Source: Tubiluchus corallicola (Eukaryota > Animalia > Priapulida). From it: 64,000 bases of DNA. The position numbers and the translations under genes are program-made. Numbering within the stretch: the first letter of the stretch is position 1; every line of letters starts with the position of its first letter. The stretch is from positions 218,425 to 282,424 of the forward strand of contig JAQGDQ010000307.1 of NCBI GenBank assembly GCA_030141605.1, in the 5' to 3' direction. The notes beneath the pieces were generated by a model. The model had not been told where the DNA came from. It worked only from the letters and a program-made list of their open reading frames with translations, and ran no database searches. Below are positions 38,962 to 52,000 of this stretch, piece after piece.

Positions 38962-41900
38962 ATGAAATTTTCCCCATTGTTGTCTATACTGCAAAAAACG
39001 TTTACAAGCAGTTGCAACTTCATTTCTACATGCAAATATATTAAATACAAAAGTCAAGCTGACATAGTAAAATGGATCTGTGAGCACACTGAAGTATCAA
39101 AAATTCATATGACACCGGAAATAAAATTACGTCTAATTACTCCTTCCTGTCCGTTATGGAAAGCTAGTATAGATGAGTGTACCTTGGATGATCCGTATTT
39201 CGCTTTCTACTGGCCTGGTGGGCAGGTTTTGTCAAGGTATAAGTTTTTTAAGTTAAAGAAACTATTATAATTTCTAGTATCTAACAATAAGAGAACTGTT
39301 GCAGCACGTGTAGCAAGATTTATATTTTGCAAGTTAATTGCAGACAAATAATTTACATCATTACGAATTTTAAAATATGTGATTTGGATAAATAAAGCCT
39401 TTGAATATGAAGTAAGAAGGGTAGTACGATTATGTGATATATGCGTGTAGTAATATTTTGAAGTTATGCGTTATGTTAGATGTAGTAAACAAGACAAGAT
39501 TACACGTTGATGCAATGTATTATGTTACAGATTAAAGATTGAGTTATATTTCTTATATTAAAGTTCAATAACTACAGTGTACTAAATTTCGCAGTTATAT
39601 GCAGTTATTATAATTGAAAGTTAAATCTTATGTAGGTATGTTCTAGACAATCCTGATTTATTTTGTGATAAATTGGTTTTGGATGTGGGCAGTGGATGTG
39701 GAGCTAGTGCAATTGCGGCCAGATTTTGTGGAGCACATGTAATTGCAAATGACATTGATCCAGGTAAGCTTTTATTTTTTTACACATGGTTTATGTCAAA
39801 AATTTATCAGTAACATCTTGAATGCTGTTTCATTTTGTTTTCTAGTCTAGTGTAAATTCAATGTGAGGTGCTATGTGATCATTAATTGTTTTATTGTTTC
39901 TCATAGAGTACTTAACTTGGTTGGTTAACTTTGACAGATACTTACTTATTTAGTTATAAACTCGTGGGTCGATCCTATGTCCAAGAGTGCGAACCTCTCT
40001 GGAGATCAGTGTAGCAACAAGATCCTCTGTCCAGTTCTTTGCAGTACGTACTCGTTAGTGATATGGTCTGTCTCTTTGATTCCCACCGTAATGTAATAAG
40101 AGCTAGTTCCAAATGCATTCAGCTGATCTTTCAAACAGACCTGCAGAATTCTGAATCCTTTAAAATCCAGGATTCAGAGCGGCACAGTTGGCTAGGTGCA
40201 ATCAGAGAATCGTTTGAGAGAGAATCATTTTGAGAAAGATGTTTGTGGACCTCCAGACCATTGACAGTTTCAAAGACTCGTAGTTTCACTAGGAAAGAGG
40301 TGTTTGTGGACCTCCAGACTATTTAGAGTTTCAAAGAGCCACAGTTTCAGTTGGGGAGAGATGTTTGTGGACCTCCAAACCATTGAGAGTTTCCAGAAAC
40401 TATTCCAGGCTATATCATGATGCTGTCATATGTCTTTAAATTAAGAAGTTATGAACCCGTCTGGGTATTTGAAATCAGTAACTGATTCCATACTCTGAAA
40501 AACAGTCTTAAACAGCTGGCTGGTTTTCACTTGAGAAGTGATTAACATGAATAACTTTTGTCTTGTCCTGATTTATCATTAGTCCTACAGTGGAAGCAGT
40601 GTCTTCTAGATTACTGAGATGTCCTGCTGCAGTAGCTGTAATAGAACACTGTCATCGATAATATTATGATCAGCTACAGTAGTAACACCTGGATTGTCTT
40701 CATGTGTTCCCAGGCCATGGTCTAGTTTCATGTAGGATCTCAAATACAATTTGAAAAGGAAAGGTGTTAAAGTATCTCAATGCAGTGTTGATGTCAAATG
40801 GGTCACTCATCTGCCATCCAACTTAGCTTGACTTTTGCTGTTGGTATAAAGTGGTAAAATAGGGTGTGTATGATGTTCTGTGGTATACCATAATGTCTTA
40901 GTATATCCCACACTGTTTCTTTGCTGATGGAGTCGAAGGCATTGCTGAAGTCCATAAATGTAGCTATCAATGGTATTTGACTTTGATGATAAACCTTGAG
41001 TATTCTCTGCAGCGAATGGATTTGCTGAAGGCAGCTCTAACTTTTCTTAAATCCATCTGTTAGGTTCGCAAGAGGCAGTTTAACAGCATAACATAATGTA
41101 CACCTTGCCTGTACTGATATTAGTGATATGCCCCAGAAGTCCTTCACTTTTTGAAGTTTTCTTTGGAATAGAATTTTGATATCCTCAGTTATTTTGGAGC
41201 CCTTGTTTGGTTCTGCACTGAACTGCACACTTCAAGCAGAATGGACTGAAGGCAGTCTCCTCTGAGATGGAGTGTTCCCGAGGTAACAGACTGATCTGTG
41301 CCAAACTGGTGAATTTTACAGCTGCTAAGAGTTCTTTTGTGAAATTGACATGATAAAACAAAAAATGTAAAGGAGGCTTTGTAGATTTTATAAACACTGA
41401 AGGTTCAGGTGGAATGTCCTGTGTATGCTATAGGTGGACAATCTGTGTATCATATGTTAAGTTATTTATTGTAATTTCCAATATAAATACTAAAGCTTAA
41501 TTATGTAGCACATACACGTGTATTTTTGTTTGACAATATGAACAGTCTGAGCATTTAGACGTATATGGGTAATATGTATACATGTATTTACAATACGTTG
41601 CATATATTACAGCATTTGCACTCGGGATATAATAATAATAAGTTTATTGACCAATACAATGCAATACAATACGTGCAATATAATATAATACAGTATAATA
41701 TAATATAATACAATACAATTTAATGCAGTACAACATAATATAACACAATATATAAAGACAATAAACCTAAATGTTTAATTATGTGCTGGATATGTTAGGT
41801 GAACTGTATGACAGCATATGTATTATTTTTCTCTATAGTTGCTTGTACAGCCATCAGAATGAATGCAGAACTGAATGGAATTTCTAACATTGCTCAAGTC

Positions 41901-42266
41901 TCTGATCCTATGCAAATCCATATGGATGCTCTTGTTCCATATCATTTCTGCATCACCACAGCGTCCCTGCTTGGTCATTTGAATCCCCTCTGGGACACGG
42001 TTCTGTTAGGTGACATGTTTTATGATGAGAGCTTTGCTGAGCTGCTTCTGGAATGGGCTTATAATTTATCATCGCCCAGTCGACGGGTGTTGATTGGTGA
42101 TCCCGGCAGAACCCACTACTATGATCTACTATTATCCAGAAAAATGAAGAAGGTTGCTACGTACCCCCTTCCACCACATTGCAAACAAGAAAATAATGGT
42201 ATGACTGAAGCATCAGTATGGACTTTTGATGAAACAACTACTATAAAGCCGCAGAAAGTAGAATAA
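38962..42266 (+). CDS. ETFBKMT: Electron transfer flavoprotein beta-subunit lysine methyltransferase (METTL20), 3 coding exons, about 276 aa
   Basis: Exons 38962-39236, 39636-39763, 41839-42266 (831 nt). Motifs: TPEIKLRLITP, DPYFAFYWPGGQVLSRY, SAM motif I VLDVGSGCG, ANDIDP, LGDMFYD, VLIGDPGR, ENNG. The N-terminus lacks acidic residues and resembles a mitochondrial presequence. Confidence 0.92.
39940..41430 (-). mobile_element. Degraded RTE-clade LINE fragment in ETFBKMT intron 2 (antisense)
   Basis: Minus-strand RT remnants FMDFSNAFDSISKETVWDILRHYGIP (about 40880-40960) and WKLSMVWRSTNISPQLKL, with a (TAAG)n-like tail at about 39940-39952. Many stops and frameshifts. Confidence 0.75.
40232..40395. 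repeat. 61-bp tandem repeat, about 2.7 copies
   Basis: TGTTTGTGGACCTCCA recurs at 40240, 40301 and 40362. Confidence 0.9.
41630..41755. repeat. Degenerate (AATAY)n low-complexity tract
   Basis: Runs of AATAC/AATAT units. Confidence 0.8.
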
Positions 42267-42830
42267 TTGGTTTTCATCCATAACCCTTGAGTTGTGACTA
42301 TGATATTTGTGTGCTTCACAGTGCTTGAATAGCAAATCGTCCACTAGTCAGCAATTAAGCTTTTCTAGATATTCACGTATCCCTAAATCTCCATTTCTTG
42401 TGGATTATTTTGATACCAAGCACATCGCTCTATGTTCTTTATAAGCTGAGATAATCCACATTGAAGTTGAGGTGCACACTATGCACTGAAAAACATAATC
42501 TTGAGAAAATTGCTCATAAAGTTAGCCATGTTTTTTTTGTCACATTTCTGCACACCACTTAGCGACTGCACAAATGTTGATGGTCTTTGCAAGAACACAT
42601 TGAAGTTATGTGTAAATTCCTGACGAAGAATTGGGCTTGGTTGCAGAAAAAAAAACCCCAAGCAAAATCACTGTTTCCACGAGCTACAATCAGAGTTTGA
42701 AAATACGAGTTTTTTTTACAATTGCAGTTTCTAGCCAGAAAAGTGGGTACAGGGTTAAAAAATTAGATTTTTAGTATTTTCTGAACATTTTCTAGATAAT
42801 TTGATGCTAGTATATAAAAGTCCAATATAT

Positions 42831-43445
42831 TTCTTCTTCTTCTTCTTGTGTTGCTCAAAACATCTATTGTAGACAGAGACTCTATCCTTTATTAGAGCAC
42901 TTCACTGTTTCCTGTCTGCAGCTAAAATTTTCAATTCCTGTGATGCTATTGTTACGTAGGTTCCAGCTGTTGTAAATCTTTATTATTTCTTGATATCCAA
43001 GTTGTTTTTGATTTGCCTGGAGGCCATCTAGTAGGTTTCAGTGCCTTGTTTAATGCTAATCTTACTGGTGTTGTTTCTGGCAATCTCATAAAATGTCCTA
43101 CCATCTTAGTCTTCTGATTCTGATTCTAGTGCTCCAGTGTTCTTCTTTAGTTCTGTTGTACAGCTGCTCCATTTGAAACGACATGTGGCCATTTTATTTT
43201 TAAGGTTTTTCTGAGTAAGCCTGTGTGAAATACATTTATGTCTACTTCCTGCATTGCAGTTAAGCCACACATTTCATTGCTGTACATGAAGATACTAGTT
43301 ACATATGCATTAGAGAGTTGCAGCCTTGTTTTGACGGATAGTTTCTTGCTGGTTAGAATTGATTTATTTTGGATAAAACCATACATTGCCCTTTGTTTCC
43401 TGTTTTTGATATCATCTTCTGTGTTAATTAGTGGTCCCACGTATT
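42831..43445 (-). mobile_element. 5'-truncated RTE-clade LINE 3' end
   Basis: ORF 43147-43440 KLSVKTRLQLSNAYVTSIFMYSNE...LLRKTLKIKWPHVVSN, followed by GHFMRLPETTPVRLAL and a (GAA)n tail at 42831-42847. Confidence 0.8.
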
Positions 43446-46400
43446 TATTTGTTTATATAATATATTTAGCATTTTTATAATAAACAAAAAATTTACATTT
43501 GACCAAATTTTTGGTGCATTCTACTTTGGGGCATCATAACGCAGTTTTTACTATGCCAACTTGTGGACAGTTTCGGTTTGCAAGCACACATTTGTAAATT
43601 AGATGGCCATATTTACAAATAAACTGACAATTCTTTTTGGTACTAATAGGATACAAACGGACTCTTACTGCCTAACTACTTGTGATATGCTTCATCTTAA
43701 GTAGACATATTCTTGAGCGTTGGGGTTTCTTAGTAAAAGTTTTTGATATAATAACAAGTAAACTCATATCAATTTTTCCAAAATAAATTGAAATGCTTCA
43801 TACACCTACATCATTTGTAGAAAAGTATTTAGAAACCAATGGCTTGAATTTCTACACTTTGGTCATAAATGTTGGTATTTATAACTAGGTCTTATACGCA
43901 ATTTCATACAGTATTTATTTTAGTAGTTTTTAATTTAATAATAGCCAGCTGATTTTGCCTTTACTAAACAGCAAAATAAATGAAACAAATTGTTAGACTG
44001 CATAGTTTCAATGTAGCCTGTTAAGTGGCAACATACTTCAAAAATCCCTCATCCTCTTCCTGTATAACTGATGATGTTGTTGGCTAGTTCTCCTTACCAG
44101 GTAGTGTTCTGCAGTGCGGCGATCAGAATGGCCACGTAGTAACTAAAAGTTGTGAAGTAGCTTTGTTGTTCATAACCCTATACACTCATGCTTACTTTAA
44201 ATCAGTATTTTTGTTAATTCAATAGATTTGTTCTCTTGTTGAATAGCCATGTAATCTCCTGTTACACACGTCTTTGTAAGAAGTTTATGGACTTGGTGAA
44301 TAATCTATTTTTGCTGATTGGTAAAATAGTCAATGAAAATAGTTAGTTTTTTATAACTGAATGTAATTACTCAGTTTTTAAAATTTTGTTAGTATTGTGT
44401 TGCTAAGTACATGTTATATAATGCAAAAATTTTTTGTGCAATAGTTTGAAACATATTTATGTGTATTGATGTATTGTATAATTGTGGCTATATATTCATT
44501 TTGTGCCTAATCAGTTACTCTATAGGTTGTGCTTATCATTTTTGATTAAAGTTTATTTTTGGAAGTATTCCTGCTATAATGATGCAATTTTTTATCCATT
44601 TTGTCCTGTACATGTGTTATTGTTAAGCTCACTTATTGTCTTGAGCATGTACCATTGGTGCTACTTTTGAATTATTTAGATTTATATAGACTATGTTTTA
44701 AAAGAGCTGTGTTTCAAACTTTTTACATTTATATGAATTTTATTGGATAGAATTTTGTGTGAAAATTGTTGTTGTTACAACTTGGGAACAATGGTGTGCC
44801 AAAGTTACTAAAGTGCATGTTATATCCATATACAAATATAAACAATATAAGAATAGATTATGTGTCAAATAATCTTATAATATCAAATTTATTATAATTA
44901 CGTGAGTTTTATTAGATAGAATTTCGTGCCAAATTTGTTATAATTATGCAAACTTTGTTAGGAACAAGATATGCTGAATTTGCTAAAAATGCATTGTTTA
45001 GACAGTAATAGAGGAAATTTGAGAGCTTTATTACTCTGTTGTGTTATTATGATGCAGCGATAGCACTTTTGAATTAAATTAAATAATTTCTTAATTTGTG
45101 CTTATTTGCAGTAATTACTTGTGAACAAGCTCTTTGCTGTCTTAGTGAATCAGAGTAAGATTCTATTAGGTAGTTATATTTTAGCATTAAATTTCTAAAC
45201 TTTAGCATAGTGTTCTGGAGCCTACTTTGTAATAGTACTGTATTCAAAGAATCATTAATCTTGATATGTTAAACTGTAAATTTTTCACATGCTATTTGTA
45301 AAGCATATATACTGTAGCTTGTTCTTAGAATAGTGATAATAAATTTTTGTGTATCCAATAATTATTGTCGCCTTCAGTTGTATAGTAATGTATGTCAAAC
45401 CGCTTAGCTGACGTTTACAGTACTTTCGTTGTTTATCGCTTGCTCTGCTTATACTGTCTGTGTATGTGTTTACACGTAGTCCTGCATGTAGGTGCGCATA
45501 AAGTGGAGGCGTGATCAGAGTGGGCTTACGGGTTACAAAATGGTGATCAAGCAATGTAAATATTGACGGAGAGACTGACGCAGCTATTGCATGCTAAGTA
45601 ACTTTATAGCCCTAAGTTACTTAGCAGTTAGTAAACATTATACCTGAACTATAATGTAGCAATCGTCACACCTTAAAGCCCAAGGCTGTGTTTACGTTTT
45701 GTTTGTCATCCCAAACATCTCTAGAATTAGGCCTAACTTTTTGTCGTTCAAATATACATTGCGCGCTGTGAGATGTTTCCGGAACTAGTTTATATCGTCT
45801 TTCTGCTTTCAGCAAACCTCTAGATCTGTTTTATTTTCGCTTTTTCGTTGAGTAAAAAATATGTAGCCCAGTGTACTGCATGTTCATTGTGCTTTTCATC
45901 GGCACGTTATTTTAGACCGAATCTGGACTCAGACATTTTTATGTTTTTGACTTTCTGAATTTCTGTCAAACTGACTTGGATCGTAATATGATACGTGTAG
46001 ACACTACATAAGAGCGATGTGTTTTTGGTGCCTCTGCATGTAGAAGCACAACTGGGAATTTCTGTGGTGTACTTTGTTTAACGAATTTTACAAATTCTTA
46101 CTTTAATGTAGAAGAGCATTTTAAATGAAAATGTAAATTAAAATCGTAGTGGTAATTTAAATATCGCTCCAATTTCAATGATGATAAACTATAAATTGAT
46201 AGCATTGGCTTAATTAATAAACGCTAAGATTAAATTCAAGTTACTGCTCACTCGTAGTTCGGTCATATTCCGAGCTATTAAGACTCCATTAATTTTTTCT
46301 GAGCAGTTATTTCCATTTGCGTTTAATAAAATTGTTTTGCTGGTTCTCCCGCTCTCCTCGCCGTTACAAGTATAGCATACGTACAAGCGTCAGCAACGAA

Positions 46401-48339
46401 GATGAGGAGTTCTCGTTCTGCATTCACCACCGATTTTAAATACCTGCGCGACGTCGTACATACGTCGTCGGATAAGGGTTCTCACTAAATTAATGCTATG
46501 CGTTTCTATTTCGGCCATGAGTCTATCTTCTCTCTCAACCTCCCCATTTAACAACCTTTGTACCATCGACGAACCTTAAACGGAATGACTATACTTAATT
46601 GTACTTCAGTTTGACACTGACTTAACACTTTGTTATCGTTAGATTCACACCACTTTCTCTCGAATCATCAGATATCGCTTCACAAGCCTCACAAATCTTA
46701 GTAAATCACATGATTTATGGGTTTGTCGACTGTCGTACAGTTATCAGTAAATGTTGGCTAAACAGAATTCAAACAGTCGTGTAGGTCTTTTACTCGGGTT
46801 CCAACGTCATCCGCTGTCAACTGCTGATTGCTGTAATAAACACCGAGGCTCTTGGAAATGTGCCGATTGCGCTTGCGTGTACAGAGAAGCTGGGACGCAC
46901 TGCCGGTGTCGGATTTAGGATAAATTTGTCTTAACCTTGAGTTTATTATAGTAGCTCTTGCTGAGTTGCCGTTTTTATGAGTACACGTGTGATTTCGGCG
47001 ATGTGTTCATTGCATTGACGTTTCACTATTATATTACTTTCGGTCTGCAAATATGTTCTGTACTCTCAAACTGGCTCTACTCACTGTCTAAATCTCAAAC
47101 AAGTGTGGTATTATAATAAATAGAGCAACATCAGAAAGAAAGTTACAAAGTTTAAATTTTGGAAAAATAACCAAGAACAAAAAAACTTGCTGATTGTCAG
47201 TAATAATCTGATTACGACGTTATTGTACGAGGAAGTGATAATAAGAGTACTTTACAGTACCATATCCTATATTCCATATTTTACTCATTCTCATTTCTTG
47301 CTGTACCAAAGTAAAAAAGTAAAACAGAATTATAACTTCGCAAAACGTTTCAAGATTGTTAAATGGTTAAAGCCTGCAATTTCTGTAGTACCGTATCCGA
47401 GCAAAAATGTGGACGGAACGTTGCCTAAACCCAAGAAAGAGGTTACGTAGGATTAGGAAGGAAAGGATGATTTGATGTACGACTTGGCTTTTTTCCATTG
47501 TTTCCAAGTTCGTAATAAGCTGATTTGAAAACTCCAAGAACTATAATATGCTGTGAAATAGCAGTAGAACATCGTTACTGAGCTGGTTAACTGTACCTCT
47601 AAAGTTTCATTTATTTGACATCAAATTGCAAGTTCGGCTTCAGCATTAGGAAATGTTCGTTTTTTATTGCAATTACACGTTATTATTGATCTTGAATTGG
47701 TAATTTCAAAAAGGAGACATATTTGAAATGTTTTGGAGATCCCTGGCCCGTTCTTAGGGCCAGGGTACAAAAGAGGGGCGCGGGATAGCTGAGAGGTAGA
47801 TCGATCATTGTATGTGTTAGGTTACAAATTTAAGTAGAGCTGGATCTGGTTAATAGATGATTGTTAGGTGACTGCTTGGAAAGCTCCTTTGGATTATCAT
47901 TGATACTTTAACAATTAGTTGTGTAGTGACTGTAATCCTAAATTTACTGGCTGTTGCCAGTAAATGCTGTACATCAGCTTATAGCAAGTGTGCGGCGTCG
48001 AACTTTGTCTGAAAAACAATGCTGTGGTAAAAACAAAAAGCAGTGGTAACAATGACGCAATATTTTTTTAACTTGACTCGAATTGTTGGTACAATAAATT
48101 AACTGACTGCAATAAATAAACAAAAATAACATCAATTAAAGTTTAAAGTCAAACAGAGGCTAGGAGCAATAGCCCAGAAATGTTGAAAGTGGAACCAAAC
48201 TTTGGAAGTCATTTTATAATTAACACTAGCTCCAAAAAATCTTTCAACATGTTTTCGTCTGTGTATTTTAATCAGTACACATATAAATAAGATCATGTGA
48301 GAACCGCTATTCAAAATTCAAGTTTACATAGCCACAGGC

Positions 48340-49037
48340 TGTTGTTACGTACGTCACGAAGAATCAGGAATTAATGCCCGATCTATGATGAATCGGGTTT
48401 ATCAGGTAAGGTACCCAATTATAACAAGCCACAGCTCATTTTCAACATTATTGATCAGCAATGTGCATTACAGTTCTGTAGCTACCACCTCATTAGTTTT
48501 AATGCTCAAATCTTCTGCCGCGCATTTACCGGCATTTTTTATCTTGGTTGTTGCGCGGGTACGCCTCAAACGATCCTCACAAGCCTCACAATCGTATTCG
48601 CTGTTACACACGATCATGGCACGTGAACTGCTTGTGAACGGTGGGCTGCTCTTTATCATCCAATGAAATTTGTGCTGAGTAATAAGGTAAAAATACCAGC
48701 AAATCAAATCAGCGTATTGCGACACACCTTTAAGGGCGTCATTAACCGACACGGCCACGTTTCGCGGTAAATTTTCTAGTTCTGACCGAAAATCAATGCG
48801 CCATAAAATAGTTCTATCTTATAAAATTTAGATTATTATAGGAAGTACATAAGTTTCGATAACGCGTTTGATACCTTGATACATTTTTGATGTTGCTTTA
48901 TGTACTCCAAATACTGTGATAGGCTTAAAACGCAACATTTTAATTAAATGACGCGGCAGTTTAATCACTATGAGTGAATTGTCGTATCGCGGTATATAAG
49001 AAAGTGGGCCTTTTCTGAGGCTCTGAACAATTACAAA
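48340..49037 (+). promoter_or_regulatory. Putative SLC34 promoter with TATA box
   Basis: CpG-rich stretch, E-box CACGTG (48620-48625), TATATAAG at 48993-49000 about 40 nt upstream of ACAAAATGG. Confidence 0.55.
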
Positions 49038-52000
49038 ATGGCAGATTATGTTACGAAGATTCTTAGAGAGTCTCCAGATGCTCCGTTACACGAGTTTTCG
49101 GACGCTGATACAGGGATAAATATGAAACAGGTAAGTGCAGTTACTTATTTTATGTAAGGTACATTGCAAACTTCGTGTAAATTTTGTGCCGTTCGGGGTT
49201 TTGGGGGGGATTGTAAAGTTGTCTGACGTGTTTCAATGAATTCACGGCAGGAAGCAAAAGTTGATCATGAGGCGCTGACAAAGAAGGGTGTCCACATTCT
49301 GGAAGCAGCAGCGACAGTCTGCCTTATGCTACCCGAGAAAGAGGATGATAGATCGATTGAAACTTCTTATCCCAGCTCCAGTGATGAAGAACTTGACCCG
49401 TGGGCACTTCCCGAACTTCAAGACAACGGAGTCCAATGGTCAGGTAGTGGGCAGTTTACCTTACCGCGCCTGTATCTGTCCATTCACAAAAACCGGCGAA
49501 GACGCCAATAGTACTTTGGCGCGCCGGCTGACAGTTGTTAAAACGCGCACTGACTAGCGAGTAATGCATGCAGTCAATACATGTATAATGTACTAATGAG
49601 GTTTTTACTTTTTCCAGATTTGTTTTTCCTTGAAGTAATTGTAAATGTTTGTAGTGTTTTTTAAAAAAATCTTGAACTTCAAATGTATCAGTATCTTGTC
49701 ATTTTAAGTTACATTGCAATTAAGTTCAGATTTAGCTCACAGTGGTTTCTATTGTTTTTTGGAGTGCTTGTTTTTTGGTAAATGATCCTGTTGACTCTAG
49801 TAATGTTTTAAGTCTTTAAAATTTTCAAGTTTCATGACTTGAGTTATGTAACTTGTAAGCAACAATGAATTTAATGATTTTTCATAAATTTTCTGTAGAA
49901 TTATCTACTAAAGCAAAGTTCAAAAAAGTCATCGTTGACTACATTGGGAGAGGAATTACTCTCTTGGCACTTCTTTACCTCTTCATATGTTCCTTGGATT
50001 TCTTGAGGTTTGTATTTGACTTTACTCTTAAATCTGCAACTTTGATCATATCCTTATAATTATTATATTGTAGTAATGTGACTGATTTTTTTAATTTGAC
50101 ATATTTTAACGTGTGATTGTTTTTATTTATTATTTTTATTTTACACATTAAAATAGAGAAACATGTCCATTGTGTGCACACGAAGACTATATATTGATGC
50201 AGTTTTTCATGTCATTTGACAAATTTTAAAAACAAATTTCTGTTATCTTGTTTTATTTTCTGCATCTACTAAACAACTTGCAATTAAATTTTGGAACAAG
50301 AGTTGTCTTGCGAACATGTTTTCCTGTCCGTAACACTGCACATGTGTGAGGTCCGAGTGCAACAGAGTGTAAACTAAACATATTTTATTTCTGATTACAG
50401 CTCTGGATTTCGGCTTGTAGGCGGAAAAACGTCCGGTGAAATTTTCAGTGACAATGAGCTTCTATCTAATCCAGTCTCTGGTTTAATGATGGGTGTTTTG
50501 GCCACTGTTCTTGTCCAGAGTTCCAGCACTTCCACGTCTATTGTCGTTACAATGGTTGCTTCAGAAAGTAAGCATTAATAAAACCACTTACTAGTTAATT
50601 TGTGATATATTAAAATTGCCAACGAGTGCAAATGAACGACTAGCATGTCGTAAATAAATAAATAGTCGCCAGACTAAGCTCAGTCCATTCCATATTTTGA
50701 ATTAAAATGATTTGTGAACTATGCGTATGTGTAGTGGAGTGTTCTTCAGTAATAAGTCTCGAGTCACATGATATCTTGGTTAAGGAGTTCACGATCTGTA
50801 CTCTGTAAATCGACAAATGGGAAGCTGGTTTGTAACACAAGTGGCATTTCCCACTCTGGCAACACAATGCTGTGTTTGTGGTCGTGAAGTCACGTCTTGG
50901 TACTTGGGTCGTATTTCCGAAAAATATCACAATTTAGGTAGTTTCAGACTTTTAGGTTGCTTATAAGTGTGCTGCAAATTTTATTTGCATTAAGTTTTTA
51001 AGGACTTTTTGTTAGTAATTTCAGATCCTAGATTTGAATGAGTGTTATTATACAGAGGCATAAGAATTTAAGTTATAGCTAAAATTTAGATGTAAAAACA
51101 AGAAAGCCTCAGATAAGTTTGCTTAGCTCAAGTTTAGTTGCCTTGTCATTACAGAGTAAAATTACATTATCACATGTCATGCAACTAAAATTTGAGTAGG
51201 AAGCAATGTGTCTGCGTTATAAAAGAAGGAAGATTAAGTGCGCATATATTAAACGTTGCTACTAATCGTAAATAAAAATAACTAAGGTAAAAATTGTACT
51301 AGTTTTTGAAATTCCTTTTTTTTACTTAAGTGGGCGTATAACGTAGTGCTACACTGTGAGGCAAAAGCACTTCTCGCCTAAGATAAATAATGACTTGTTT
51401 ATAAGTTAAAGTACCAAGTCAATAATTGAACGTTTATATTGCATTTCACATTCCAAGGAATGCAGTTAAGGTACTGAGTCAATAATTAAACGTTTGTATT
51501 GCATTTCATATTCCAAGGACTGCAGTTAAAACTAAAGACTACACCTGCCATAATTTGGATCTACTGCTGTACCAACTAGTTGCTTCATAGGCCGAAGGAT
51601 TTGTTTAAGCTGTGACTTTACATTAAATATGCAAAAAGCAATTTAACAATGTGACTTTGTGGACCAATAAATGTTACTTTAATAATGTCTTAAGTGTATC
51701 TGCTACTTGGTTTTATTTGATTTTAAGGATACTGAAAAGTTCTTTAAGCATTAACAAAGACTTTCAAGGGTAATAGCACCTATAAAGTCAAAAAAGTATT
51801 AGAGAGAGAGTTTCTACGATGCTTGTTCAGACTATTGAGAATTTATCCAGGGTTAATTATCCTATTAGGGATTTATCCTATTTCAGGTTATCCAGAGTTT
51901 CTATAATGTTTATTCAGGTTATAAAGTTCTTGATTGGTTTCTTCTGAGCAGATTTGATAAACAGCAGCTGAATTCCCGTGTTTTACAACGTTTATGATTT

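Noticed and set aside
40232-40395. CRISPR-like repeat-spacer array
   Set aside because: Whole 61-bp units are homologous with no unique spacers, the context is a eukaryotic intron, and there are no cas genes.
42284-42754. piggyBac-like element (CCCT...AGGG|TTAA)
   Set aside because: Only 4 bp of terminal match and the left flank is ATAA; insufficient evidence.
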